Origin: an uncultured cyanobacterium | GTDB lineage: Bacteria; Cyanobacteriota; Cyanobacteriia; Cyanobacteriales; Nostocaceae | Length of the DNA stretch: 64,000 bases | Reading direction: 5' to 3' | NCBI GenBank assembly: GCA_963706595.1 | Contig: OY970166.1 | Location: 3,712,001 to 3,776,000, forward strand | Shown here: piece after piece, positions 10,256 to 20,370 of the stretch | How positions within the stretch are numbered: the first letter of the stretch is position 1 | Layout of the letters: each line of letters starts with the position of its first letter | The notes under the pieces: model-generated | The model's input: only the letters and a program-made list of their open reading frames with translations | Database searches by the model: none | What the model was told of the DNA's origin: nothing | Made by a program: the position numbers and the translations under genes

Positions 10256-12847
10256 CTATGTAGATTTAGAAGGGAAGTTAGCACCTTTTTTTCTATTTGC
10301 ATCTGCGTGAGTTGCCTGAATATTATCAATTGTATCAGAACCACCAATTGCGAGTGGTTTGATGTGATCGTAATGCAAATCATCGCTATAGTATATTTCT
10401 GCACCTGTCAAGGCACAGCGATTTTCCTGAATTTTAATCAATAACCTTTTTTCTTCCTCTGTCAAACGAAGTCTTCTATCCTCTCTTTTGAAATCACTTT
10501 TAATAACTTCTAGTCTTTCCTCAAAGCCTTTGATAATTATTTCAAAATCAGCATTAATAGGATTTTTCATGTATACAAAAATCTCTTTTAATCTCTTCTT
10601 TATTTCCTGTCTATGAAACTTAGCCATTTGGTAATTTAAATCAGCTAAGATATGCCAAAGCATATAAAAATCCTGAAACCTTCTTACAAGAACTGGTAAA
10701 TTCCTACCAGCATCAAAGATAGAATTTAACTCCTCCCTTAAGAAATCATTAACATCACCATCCTCAATATCTTTATCAAGAAGAATTAATCGTAAGTTTT
10801 TGATAAAGCTTTCTACATATTTAATACTGTCTCGAAATGAACGCAAAGAATCGACATCTGTAGATGCTTGATGAAGTAGTTTTGTCACATCCCTTTTATC
10901 TTTAATTCTCGCATTTACGGAATTATTTTTTATATGTATATTAAGTACACCAGTCGATTTACCTTTACCACTTATCTTATGGTAGAACAAGTAAACTAAT
11001 AATGTGTATAATTCTTCATTTTGCATCCTATCACCATAATCATTTTTATTGCGGGCGACAGTGATGTAGAACCAGTTTTTATGTTTTTCAGCATTCTTTT
11101 TAATATCATCAATTAATTCCTTCTTAACCCAAGCATTCCACATCTCAAATGAATTCTCTAGGATTGGGAATGGTTTATTGTTGAGTCTAATAAATAAATC
11201 GACAGGTAAAAACTGAGTATTGATTCTCTCTTCAATTTCAACTACTAGCAGCGGAAAATCATAAATTTTATCTTGTAGGTTTATATCAAAACTATCAAAT
11301 TTGCTTTTTTCTAAATCTCTAAGTATTCTTAACTGTCTTAAGGCAAATTTATCATTCTTTGATTTCTGTTCGTTACCTTCTTCATCAATATAAGTTCCCC
11401 CAGTAAATGCAAGAATTGAAAGTAGTCTTTGTTGTCCATCAATCACTTCCCATACACCATCATTACGACTAAAGATAAATATTGGTGGTAGTTGAATACC
11501 AAGTAAAATACTCTCGATTAAGGCAGATGCTTTGGGAATACTAATAACTTCAGACCTCTGATAAGGTGGGCGTAAAAGTAGTCTTTTTTTTCTAATTCTT
11601 GATAAAAAATCATCAATAGTTACTCTTTGAGGATCTGGCTTGGTTGTTCTTAACGTTTCCAATTGGCTTACCTTTACTAAGGTATCATCTTGACTAGAAA
11701 CATTAATTTTGGGTTTACCACCACCTAAATAGTTATTGAAATTAGTATTTAGTTTTTCACTGAAGAAATTCGCTATAGTTTGATACCTTTCCAGGGTAGG
11801 AGCATAAAAATGTGAGCCTTCTTGAGCGAAAATAGCTATATTTTTTGCTATGTAACTTGAAAATTCAATAGATAAAGATACATTTTCAAAATTGCATCTG
11901 GGAACATTTTCTTTTTCTAACACTGAAAATGCCCATAAAAGACATTCACAAACTAGTCTATTAGACCTTATTGCCCTTGAGTATAAAGTTGAGTTTACTT
12001 TATCAACTAACTCAAATCTCTTGATTAGTTTATTGCATAATTCTTGAGGATCAGAATTTGAAACTATTAATTCATAGAGCTTATCAATAGTTTCAGTTCT
12101 TGATTGGCTAGATGCATAACTTCTAATCGGAAGCATACTAAGGATTAACTGTTTACGCACAAAAGTTAAAATTTTCTGAATTTTAAATTTAATATTATCT
12201 TCTGTTTTAGTATGTTTTAAAAAAAGTTGATATGTTTTTTCAGCTAGCTGTGAGTCATTAGTTAGTAAATCCTTAAAACACTTACTTACAGGATCATTTA
12301 GATATGCAGCATTATCAATCTCAGCCTTCTTCAAAGGTGTAATTCCAGAATTATACCTTGAAAATATTTCTTTCTTAATCTTATCTTCTAAATCACTATC
12401 CAGTTTAGGTTCATTTACTACTGCAAATTCAAATACTCTAAGCTTAGAATCAAGAAAGAGATCTTGAATTTGATTACTCAAATCTTGAAATGATTTTTTC
12501 CTTAGTTCTTTTAACTCATACAAACCTTTTTCAGTGAGCTTTAAGTCTTTTTTTAGAAGACGCAAAATCGTCTCAAATCTCTGTCTGCCATCAATTACTT
12601 CTTTTGTATTTCCGCTATCGAACAGTATTATTGGTGGTATTTCTGTTCCAAGCAATATACTTTCTATAAAAAACGTTGCTTTCTCAGGAGTCCAGACATA
12701 ATTTCTCTGGTAGTAGGGATCATATTTAATTTTATTTAAATTTCTTTCTCTGAACAAACTCTCTATACTTTGTGAGTATGTACTAATTTTTAGATGAGAT
12801 GAAAAAATTCTTTCAAAATCATCTTGCTTCAAAAATATGTCATCCAT
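10256..12847 (-). CDS. Tandem DUF262-DUF262 + C-terminal HNH nuclease (GmrSD-like, putative defence)
   Basis: Two sets of DUF262 motifs (YQR/DGRQR/FSRYN and YQR/DGQQR/FIRLN); HNH DHIKPLAIGGSDTIDN..HADANRKKG; AT-rich, no HIP1. Confidence 0.85.
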   Translation of the reverse strand: MDDIFLKQDDFERIFSSHLKISTYSQSIESLFRERNLNKIKYDPYYQRNYVWTPEKATFFIESILLGTEIPPIILFDSGNTKEVIDGRQRFETILRLLKKDLKLTEKGLYELKELRKKSFQDLSNQIQDLFLDSKLRVFEFAVVNEPKLDSDLEDKIKKEIFSRYNSGITPLKKAEIDNAAYLNDPVSKCFKDLLTNDSQLAEKTYQLFLKHTKTEDNIKFKIQKILTFVRKQLILSMLPIRSYASSQSRTETIDKLYELIVSNSDPQELCNKLIKRFELVDKVNSTLYSRAIRSNRLVCECLLWAFSVLEKENVPRCNFENVSLSIEFSSYIAKNIAIFAQEGSHFYAPTLERYQTIANFFSEKLNTNFNNYLGGGKPKINVSSQDDTLVKVSQLETLRTTKPDPQRVTIDDFLSRIRKKRLLLRPPYQRSEVISIPKASALIESILLGIQLPPIFIFSRNDGVWEVIDGQQRLLSILAFTGGTYIDEEGNEQKSKNDKFALRQLRILRDLEKSKFDSFDINLQDKIYDFPLLVVEIEERINTQFLPVDLFIRLNNKPFPILENSFEMWNAWVKKELIDDIKKNAEKHKNWFYITVARNKNDYGDRMQNEELYTLLVYLFYHKISGKGKSTGVLNIHIKNNSVNARIKDKRDVTKLLHQASTDVDSLRSFRDSIKYVESFIKNLRLILLDKDIEDGDVNDFLREELNSIFDAGRNLPVLVRRFQDFYMLWHILADLNYQMAKFHRQEIKKRLKEIFVYMKNPINADFEIIIKGFEERLEVIKSDFKREDRRLRLTEEEKRLLIKIQENRCALTGAEIYYSDDLHYDHIKPLAIGGSDTIDNIQATHADANRKKGANFPSKST

Positions 12848-13385
12848 AAATTCTAGTAATTACCTCGTCAAAACTTTTTCAATTCAACATAAAGAGCCAA
12901 TTTTACTCTTTATTGATATCTTGGATAAAACTTGCTCGATTTAAAAATTATCATGCTGTAGATTAACGTAAACAGTTTGTTTCAGGCTTTTGTGAATCAT
13001 CATTTGATTAAGCGGCACACACTAAAAAATAGTTAAAAAAGCATATTGAATGCCTGAGAATCATACTTGACGTTGGTAGTTTCTATCAATGCGTAAGTGA
13101 TATTGTAATATTAATATTTGCATAATATCTAAGATAGTGTATCATTCTTTAATTAAAAAGTACGACAAATAGTAAGATTTCTTAGTTATATCTAGAAGCT
13201 AGAAGCGATTTCTCCTTAATTTTTACTTGCAGAACGCCGTAAAGACAAAAACATAGACAAAAGGTGAAAAAACGTCCCAAAAGTTCTATAGGAAAGCCGT
13301 CTTCGTCGTGAGAACCTTCGGACTAATGTAGAACTGCCTGATAGTAAGGCATCCAGTGGAGGCTACAAATGTCAAAAAAAATAAT

Positions 13386-13452
13386 GTTTCACGCCAAGAC
13401 GCATTCGCAGGAGGCGTTCCCGCCGGATAGGCGCAAAGAATTGGCGTGAAAC
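13386..13452. repeat. CACGCCAAG-family inverted repeat with an internal SDR-like insert
   Basis: GTTTCACGCCAA 13386-13397 / TTGGCGTGAAAC 13441-13452. Confidence 0.65.
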
Positions 13453-13459
13453 TGTGCTT

Positions 13460-14362
13460 TTATTCAGCAGGTTTGTTACTAGCTCGATTAGCACGCGCCT
13501 CGGCTGAAGCCATGACTTCATCGAAATTCTCTAGTATTTCACCAGGGAAGTTTTCCAAAACCCTGGTAGAAATAGCCACACGGCCTTTACCTTCATCTAA
13601 GTCAATAATTACAGCTTTAATTGTTTGACCAATTTGAAAGACTTTTTCCAGAGATTCAATGTATTTTTGGCTGACTTGTTTAATATGTAGTAAGGCACTC
13701 AGACCCTCTAAATCTACAAATACTCCAAAAGGTTTAATTCCAGTAACTTTACCTTCTACAAGCTGATTGAGTGCTAATAAACTGAAGCTGCTAGAACGAG
13801 TTGCCAATCGCTGGGAAAGTATCAGTTTGTTGGTATTACGATTAATTTCTAAAAACGCTACAGTCAAATTTTGACCTTTAAGTGCTTCTAAGTTATCACG
13901 CTCTGCTAAATGCGATCGCGGAATAAATCCTCGCAAAGACAGCAAATCAACAGTCACACCACCTTTATTCACACCCGTTACCCTGACTTGCACCGTCTGG
14001 CCACCTTCGTTCATTTGGACCAGTCGTTCCCAGATTTGCTGAATTTCCAACTGCTTGCGCGAAAGGGTGACTTGACCTTCTGCATCCTGATCTCGGATGA
14101 TTACAAACTCCAGTTCCTCTTGCAATGGCAGCACCTCCGATAAATCGGTAACAGCTCTCAAAGAAGCCTCATCACGGGGGAGAAAAGCGGATGACTTGCC
14201 ACCAATATCTACATAAGCTCCATTGGGGTCAAGTTGAAATACTTTCCCACGTACAACTTGTCCCTTTTGAAACTGGTAGTCGTGTACTTCTAGTGCTTTG
14301 GCAAAATCGTCCATCGTAAAAGACGAATTGGCAGATTGAGAAAGTTTCGATTCGGAGTTCAT
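13460..14362 (-). CDS. S1 RNA-binding protein (ribosomal protein S1 homolog B-like)
   Basis: Three S1 domains (GAYVDIGGK, RGFIPRSHL, FGVFVDL). Confidence 0.88.
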   Translation of the reverse strand: MNSESKLSQSANSSFTMDDFAKALEVHDYQFQKGQVVRGKVFQLDPNGAYVDIGGKSSAFLPRDEASLRAVTDLSEVLPLQEELEFVIIRDQDAEGQVTLSRKQLEIQQIWERLVQMNEGGQTVQVRVTGVNKGGVTVDLLSLRGFIPRSHLAERDNLEALKGQNLTVAFLEINRNTNKLILSQRLATRSSSFSLLALNQLVEGKVTGIKPFGVFVDLEGLSALLHIKQVSQKYIESLEKVFQIGQTIKAVIIDLDEGKGRVAISTRVLENFPGEILENFDEVMASAEARANRASNKPAE

Positions 14363-14537
14363 GACAATTGAAGATAAATTATTATTTGATGTGATGCCAC
14401 TGGAGTTTTACTAAACACCTAACAAATTCCGACCCAGTAGGAGTGTTAGGAAATTATGGCATGATTATTTGTTAGGCAAACAACCTAAAATAGCTTGAAT
14501 AGTCCCCAATATGGGAACTTCACAGTATTTTTCTTTT

Positions 14538-14703
14538 CAGTACAGCACGGCGTAAATCAACCAACCATTCCAAGTCAATGAAAATCCTATAGAATAATCT
14601 CTTTGACTTTTGACCCCTTCGGGGTTCGCCAGTCGCTCATGGGGGAAACCCCCAAGACCGCGCTGGCTCACTTTTGACTTTTGACGAACGCCCTGCGGCA
14701 CTA
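14538..14703. mobile_element. MITE with TTTTGAC repeats and a nested GGGGGAAACCCCC hairpin repeat
   Basis: cagtacagcacggcg ... cgccctgcggcacta imperfect TIR; internal ttttgac units. Confidence 0.65.
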
Positions 14704-15450
14704 GGCTCCTAACACACTGCCAAAAAGTTGTTTCACCTGCTCCCAAGCATCAGCTGCGGCTTTAGGATTATAGCTGGCGCGATGGTCACAGAAAAATCCG
14801 TGTTCAGATCCATCGTAACGAAACACACGATGAGAAATTTGGTATTTTTCTAATTCTGCGGCAATTTGATCTACCTGTTCGGCGGGAATACTGGCATCTT
14901 CCACGCCAAAGAAAGTATAGATGTGTCCTTTTATATCTGAAGTATGGGTGATAGTGGGAGCGCCACCTCCTGGTGTACGAGTAGTAATACCAGCACCGTA
15001 GAAGGAAGCAGTAGCTTTGATATCTGGTAAGGTAGCAGCAAAATAAGCTACATGGCCACCAAAACAAAAGCCAATACAGCCAAAGCTATCTGGTTTTACT
15101 TGGGGGAGACTTTTGAGATAATCGATTGCCGATTGAATATCATTCAATAACTCTGATGCTTGAGTTTGCTGCCAAGCATATTTTCTGCCAATTTCCATAT
15201 CTTCGGGGGTGTAGCCGGTGGCAAAATCAGGGGCTTGACGTTGAAAAAGTGCCGGTGCGATCGCCACATATCCTTGTTGAGCAATTCGTTCTGTCACTTC
15301 TTGAATGTGTACATTAACACCAAAAATCTCCTGTAATACTACAACTCCTGGATAAACACCGGGTGCTTGTGGTTGCGCCAAATAAGCCGATATTTGGAGA
15401 TTATCTTGCGAAATCTTCACCGTTGTGGTATCTATTATTTGCTCTGTCAT
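14701..15450 (-). CDS. Dienelactone hydrolase family protein
   Basis: QEIFGV, GFCFGG nucleophile motif, HGFFC. Confidence 0.92.
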   Translation of the reverse strand: MTEQIIDTTTVKISQDNLQISAYLAQPQAPGVYPGVVVLQEIFGVNVHIQEVTERIAQQGYVAIAPALFQRQAPDFATGYTPEDMEIGRKYAWQQTQASELLNDIQSAIDYLKSLPQVKPDSFGCIGFCFGGHVAYFAATLPDIKATASFYGAGITTRTPGGGAPTITHTSDIKGHIYTFFGVEDASIPAEQVDQIAAELEKYQISHRVFRYDGSEHGFFCDHRASYNPKAAADAWEQVKQLFGSVLGA

Positions 15451-15548
15451 AAAAATTTTGCCTAAAAAATTCCATCTGTATATAAGATATCTAATATGTC
15501 ATAAATGCACCTAGTTACTTACATCTACTCATATCAATAGGTTTGGTA

Positions 15549-16535
15549 ATGATTCAATTCCGTATTCAGCCAGACAGTGAAATTCCTGCTTCCAACCAGC
15601 TATTTAATCAAATTCGGTTTGCGATCGCTTGCCGACAATATCCACCTGGATACAAACTGCCCAGCACCAGGGCGTTAGCCATGCAAACAGGCTTACACCG
15701 CAATACCATTAGCAAAGTTTACCGCCAGTTGGAAGAAGATGGGTTTGTGGAAAGTCTAGCTGGTTCAGGAATTTATGTGCGGAGTCAAGGGCATGAAGGC
15801 GGTGGCAAGCTAAAATCCTCTATCGCCAAAAAACCAGCCGAAGATGCCTATAAACTGGTGCAAAAAGCCCTGGATGAGATGCTAGCTCAAGGTTATTCAC
15901 TCAATGAAGCGCGAGAGCTATTTTTAGGTGAAATTGATTGGCGTTTACGTTGTAGCGCCCAAGTGCTGGTTGCAGTTCCCTCTCAGGATATGGGTGCGGG
16001 TGAATTAATGGTGTATGAGTTAGAAATGTCTCTCAATATACCTGTACAGTTGGTAGCGATGGAAGAATTAACTGCCGTGTTAGATAAAACTAATTCGGCA
16101 ACGGTGGTTACAAGTCGTTATTTCATTAGTGATGTGGAAGCGATCGCTGGACCGAAATCTGTACGTGTCATTCCTCTAGATATCTACGACTACAGCAAAG
16201 AACTCGACCTCCTGAAAACCCTACCAAAGCAGAATTGTGTCGGCATAGTTAGTCTCAGTTCGGGAATTGCTCGTGCCGCCGAAGTGATTCTTCACGGTTT
16301 ACGAGGAGATGAACTATTGATTATGACTTCACAACCAAAAGACGCGTACAAAATTCAGGCGATCGCCAAGCGGGCAGAAGTCATTATCAGCGATCAAGCC
16401 AGTTTTCCCACTGTACACGCAGCAGTACAAGCATCACTTGAAGATATTATTCGTCCACCTAAACTGATTAAGGTGGAAAATTACATTGGGGCTAATTCGA
16501 TCAACTTGTTAAAACGCGAACTGGGTTTGGGTTAG
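15549..16535 (+). CDS. plmA: GntR-family regulator PlmA
   Basis: IQFRIQPDSEIPAS..LPSTRALA..LHRNTISKVY wHTH plus cyanobacterial PlmA C-domain. Confidence 0.88.
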   Translation: MIQFRIQPDSEIPASNQLFNQIRFAIACRQYPPGYKLPSTRALAMQTGLHRNTISKVYRQLEEDGFVESLAGSGIYVRSQGHEGGGKLKSSIAKKPAEDAYKLVQKALDEMLAQGYSLNEARELFLGEIDWRLRCSAQVLVAVPSQDMGAGELMVYELEMSLNIPVQLVAMEELTAVLDKTNSATVVTSRYFISDVEAIAGPKSVRVIPLDIYDYSKELDLLKTLPKQNCVGIVSLSSGIARAAEVILHGLRGDELLIMTSQPKDAYKIQAIAKRAEVIISDQASFPTVHAAVQASLEDIIRPPKLIKVENYIGANSINLLKRELGLG

Positions 16536-16630
16536 GTAATTCCCCAAAAAATCACTTATCCAAATAAACAAACCACAACACATACACCGAACACGTGGAA
16601 TGAGGAAAACAAAGGTTTATATTCTTGACA

Positions 16631-16722
16631 CGAACGTCGAGGGATGGTAAGACTATTTCGATAGCACAACCCAATGAAGCGTTAAGGAATCCTCTCTCCT
16701 TCAGGAAGAGGAGGTATGTCAA
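16631..16722 (+). mobile_element. Isolated IS200/IS605 right end with omegaRNA-like scaffold remnant
   Basis: GAACGTCGAGGGATGGTAAGAC..TGAAGCGTTAA then hairpin GAATCCTCTCTCCTTCAGGAAGAGGAGG and terminal TATGTCAA. Confidence 0.6.
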
Positions 16723-16762
16723 ACTCCCCTCTCCTTACTAAGGAGAGGGGTTGGGGGTGAGG
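16723..16762. repeat. CCCCTCTCC..GGAGAGGGG palindromic dispersed repeat
   Basis: cccctctccttactaaggagaggggttgggggtgagg. Confidence 0.7.
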
Positions 16763-16801
16763 TTAGTGTATTTTCTTAAATCCGCATTCATCAGCTTTAA
16801 A

Positions 16802-17723
16802 TTAACCAGCTTGTGGTTCCGGTGCATTAGCCTGCAAAAACTCTCGCACCCGCATTAGGTAAGTTGAGGCATCTTCCAACATCGGAAAATGGGATGTATT
16901 GGCAATCATGGCAAACTCAATTTTGTCACTCTTTGCAGCCGCTTGACGACCCATCTCGGCAGGAATAATTTGGTCATACTCACCAGCTACCAGCAAAGTT
17001 GGTACTGTCAGCTTGGCAAACTCGTGAGGCATTAATTCTGCTTGAGCTTTACTTACAGAAGTATAAATTGTACCCAATGCTGCATCATAGTCTGCTTCGA
17101 GAAAATCTTGCCAAAAAAGCCTGACGCTCGGAACTAGGAATGGGGCTATGCAAAAATCTCGCCATAAATATTCTGTCAACGAACGGTATTTTCCCTAACC
17201 ACTTGGGACGAAATTTGACTACATAGCCACCAAATTTATGAAAAGCAGTAAAGGCTTTTTCGTCGTACTCAAAAATACCGCTACAAGTTAAAATCCCTCG
17301 TTCTACTCGTTGGGGATAACTGTTGATAAATAATGTCGCAATAGATGCACCCATTGAATGAGCATTAATATAAATGCGCTGGAGTTGTAATTCATCTAGC
17401 AAAACTGCTAAATCTTCAACATACTCTTCTAATTCATAGGTTAACTCTTTGATTGCGGCTGATTTTTCAGGTGTTGATTGTGACTCCACAACAGATGCAC
17501 TGGCGGCGGCTATGTTAGGTTTTCCACGAGAACGCCCAAAACCCCGCAAATCGTAGAGTAAACAATCAAATTCGTCTACTAAAGCATCAGCCGTACTTTT
17601 CCAGTACCTAGCTGAACCAGCCCAACCATGAATAAACAGCATTACTGGCTTGACCAAAGAACCAGATGGTTTTTTCACCCATTCATAATAATGCTCAACA
17701 CCACGAACACAAATATAAGGCAT
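16802..17723 (-). pseudogene. Alpha/beta hydrolase split by a 1-nt frameshift (real or sequencing error)
   Basis: ORF 17085-17723 has HGWAGS and HSMG; overlapping ORF 16802-17179 has GEYD and HFPMLE; removing one base near 17110 gives AFLQDFLEADY. Confidence 0.8.
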
Positions 17724-17726
17724 TTT

Positions 17727-17827
17727 TCAAAAGTCAAAAATCAAAAATCAAAAATCAAAAGTCAATGACCAATGACTAATGACCAATGACTAATGACCAA
17801 TAACCAATGACCAATGACTAATGACCA
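17727..17827. repeat. STRR heptamer arrays (TCAAAA[A/G])n and ([C/T]AATGAC)n
   Basis: Tandem 7-mers read directly. Confidence 0.9.
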
Positions 17828-19162
17828 CTAAGCTGATTCTGGCTTAGGTAGGGAAGACGGATGCACTATTAATTCAGCTGTGGAACGCTTCTCTACCATT
17901 TCCTTCGTAACCATGCAGCGACTAACATCCTTGCGGGATGGTAACTCGTACATGACATCCAGCATCAATTCTTCCACGATCCCCCGCAATGCTCTAGCGC
18001 CTGTTTTCCGACGGTAGGCCTCTTGAGCGATCGCCCGTAAAGCATCCGGTTTAAAATCTAACTGGACATTATCCATGTTGAGCAGCTTTTGGTACTGTTT
18101 CACCAAAGCACTGCGTGGTTGGGTCAAAATCGCCATTAGCGCTTCTTCATCCAACGGCTCAACCACCGCTACCATTGGTACGCGGCCGATAAATTCGGGA
18201 ATCATGCCAAACTTCACGAGGTCATCTGGTTCTAGATAGCGCAGAGTATCGGCCGTCCGCTGCTCTTTGGATTGCAGGTCTCCGGGCTGTACAAAACCCA
18301 TTGACTTTTTGCCTGCTCTCTGCTCTACTACCTTATCCAAACCCACGAAAGCACCGCCACAGACAAACAGAATATTACTTGTATCAATCTGGATACAGTC
18401 TTGATAAGGATGCTTACGTCCTCCTTGAGGTGGCACATTAGCGATTGTCCCTTCTAACATTTTCAGCAAAGCTTGCTGTACGCCTTCGCCAGAAACATCG
18501 CGGGTAATCGAAGGGTTTTCACTCTTGCGAGCTACTTTGTCTATTTCGTCAATGTAGATAATTCCGCGCTGGGCTTCCTCGACATCCAAATCTGCCACTT
18601 GTAACAGTCGCAGCAGGATATTTTCCACATCTTCACCCACATACCCTGCTTCTGTCAGTGTAGTGGCATCAGCCACAGCAAAGGGTACATCCAAGATGGT
18701 GGCTAAGGTTTGCGCCAAGAGGGTTTTACCGCAACCAGTCGGGCCAATTAACAAAATATTGGACTTTTGCAGTTCTACAGCATCATCTGCCTCATTTTTG
18801 CCTTTCGACTGAATGACGGCTAGTCGCTTGTAGTGATTATAAACCGCTACTGACAATACTTTCTTGGCTTCGTCTTGACCGATAACGTGTTCATCCAGAT
18901 AATTTTTAATCTCTCTGGGCTTAGGAATTTGGTTAAGTGAGAGATTAGAAGAGCGCGCACGACGTTTTTGAGGTGGTTCTGACCTTGGTGCTGGTTGTGA
19001 CGCAGCAGTATTCGTGTCGAGTAGCTCTTCATCTAGGATTTCATTACACAAGTCAACGCATTCATCGCAGATGTAGACTCCCGGCCCTGCGATTAATTTA
19101 CGCACCTGCTCTTGAGACTTGCCACAAAATGAACATTTTAAATGGGAGTCGTACTTAGACAT
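17828..19162 (-). CDS. clpX: ATP-dependent Clp protease ATPase subunit
   Basis: CSFCGK zinc finger, [21 protein letters not shown]. Confidence 0.98.
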   Translation of the reverse strand: MSKYDSHLKCSFCGKSQEQVRKLIAGPGVYICDECVDLCNEILDEELLDTNTAASQPAPRSEPPQKRRARSSNLSLNQIPKPREIKNYLDEHVIGQDEAKKVLSVAVYNHYKRLAVIQSKGKNEADDAVELQKSNILLIGPTGCGKTLLAQTLATILDVPFAVADATTLTEAGYVGEDVENILLRLLQVADLDVEEAQRGIIYIDEIDKVARKSENPSITRDVSGEGVQQALLKMLEGTIANVPPQGGRKHPYQDCIQIDTSNILFVCGGAFVGLDKVVEQRAGKKSMGFVQPGDLQSKEQRTADTLRYLEPDDLVKFGMIPEFIGRVPMVAVVEPLDEEALMAILTQPRSALVKQYQKLLNMDNVQLDFKPDALRAIAQEAYRRKTGARALRGIVEELMLDVMYELPSRKDVSRCMVTKEMVEKRSTAELIVHPSSLPKPESA

Positions 19163-19171
19163 ACCAGCCTC

Positions 19172-19870
19172 TTATTTCAGAATGGTGACGTTTTCCCCGA
19201 CGGTGGGAATGTTTTGTCTGGAGATGACTTGATCAATCAAACCGTAATTTTTTGCCTCTTCTGCCGACATAAAAAAGTCACGTTCGGTATCTGCCTCAAG
19301 TCTGTCCAGGGGTTGACCAGTATGATGGCCTAGTAACTGATTTAACTTAGCCTTAACGTAAAGGATTTCTCTGGCTTGAATCTCAATATCAATGGCTTGA
19401 CCTTGAGCGCCACCTAGTGGTTGGTGAATCATGATCCGAGAGTCAGGCAGAGACATTCGTTTACCAGCAGAACCTGCGGCTAACAGAAATGCTCCCATGC
19501 TGGCGGCTAATCCAAAACATATAGTAACCACATCAGGGCGGATTTGCTGCATTGTATCATAAATGGCCATCCCTGCGTAGACGGAACCGCCAGGAGAATT
19601 GATATAGATTTGAATATCTTTTTCTGAGTCTTCCGCGTCTAGGAACAGCAATTGAGCCACAATGGAATTGGCCACAGCATCATCTATGGGAGTACCCAAA
19701 AAGATAATCCGCTCTCGCAGCAGGCGGGAGTAAATGTCAAAAGCTCTTTCTCCCATGCCAGACTGTTCTACCACCATCGGTACAATGTTGGTAGGTTGGC
19801 TCAGATGGGAGCTAAATTGGATTCTACTTAAACTATTGATGGGGTCATTTCCCGACTGCGATAGAAGCAT
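19172..19870 (-). CDS. clpP: Clp protease proteolytic subunit
   Basis: DIYSRLL, INSPGG, ASMG, IHQP. Confidence 0.97.
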   Translation of the reverse strand: MLLSQSGNDPINSLSRIQFSSHLSQPTNIVPMVVEQSGMGERAFDIYSRLLRERIIFLGTPIDDAVANSIVAQLLFLDAEDSEKDIQIYINSPGGSVYAGMAIYDTMQQIRPDVVTICFGLAASMGAFLLAAGSAGKRMSLPDSRIMIHQPLGGAQGQAIDIEIQAREILYVKAKLNQLLGHHTGQPLDRLEADTERDFFMSAEEAKNYGLIDQVISRQNIPTVGENVTILK

Positions 19871-20280
19871 ATAAGAACTATAGAGAATTAAGTTAGGACA
19901 GGTTTGGTAGCACTTATTGCTGCCTTTTGCACGGATGCAATTTTATTTGAGCTATTTATTCACCATTATGCCTCATATATATTCCTCTCGGTGAAACGGA
20001 TCAAGCTAAAGCAATCACATATACCCTATTTCTTGACGATTCCTGAAATATTTCCTCGAAATTTGGTGTAATAACGCGATTAATCAATCCTCTATCGGAC
20101 TGAAGCAAAAAACCGTACCCTTCGGGAAGCTTCGCTAACGGCTGACGCTCACGGCGAAGCCTCTCAAACTCTCATAACTCGGTATGCGCTGCGCGTTAGC
20201 GACAGATTTTTTCCTTACTTAAGCCTAAGTCTTGTGTTCAAAGGAAGTGCCGAGTCGGAAAAATTTTGACTCAGCACTTT

Positions 20281-20364
20281 CTTGTAGAGACGCGATTTAT
20301 CGCTTGTAGAGACGCGATTTATCGCGTCTAGGATTTATCGCATCTAGGATTTATCGCATCTAGG
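20281..20364. repeat. Tandemly amplified GTAGAGACGCGATTTATCGCGTCT REP-like palindrome
   Basis: cttgtagagacgcgatttatcg twice, then ggatttatcgcatcta units. Confidence 0.8.
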
Positions 20365-20370
20365 TAAAGA

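Noticed and set aside
9916..13450. Integrative element or prophage at tRNA-Ser
   Set aside because: No integrase and no duplicated tRNA 3' end found by eye; reported only as an islet
16540..16625. Yfr-type sRNA downstream of plmA (CA-rich tract)
   Set aside because: Lacks the ACTCCTCACAC or paired GGAAACA motifs
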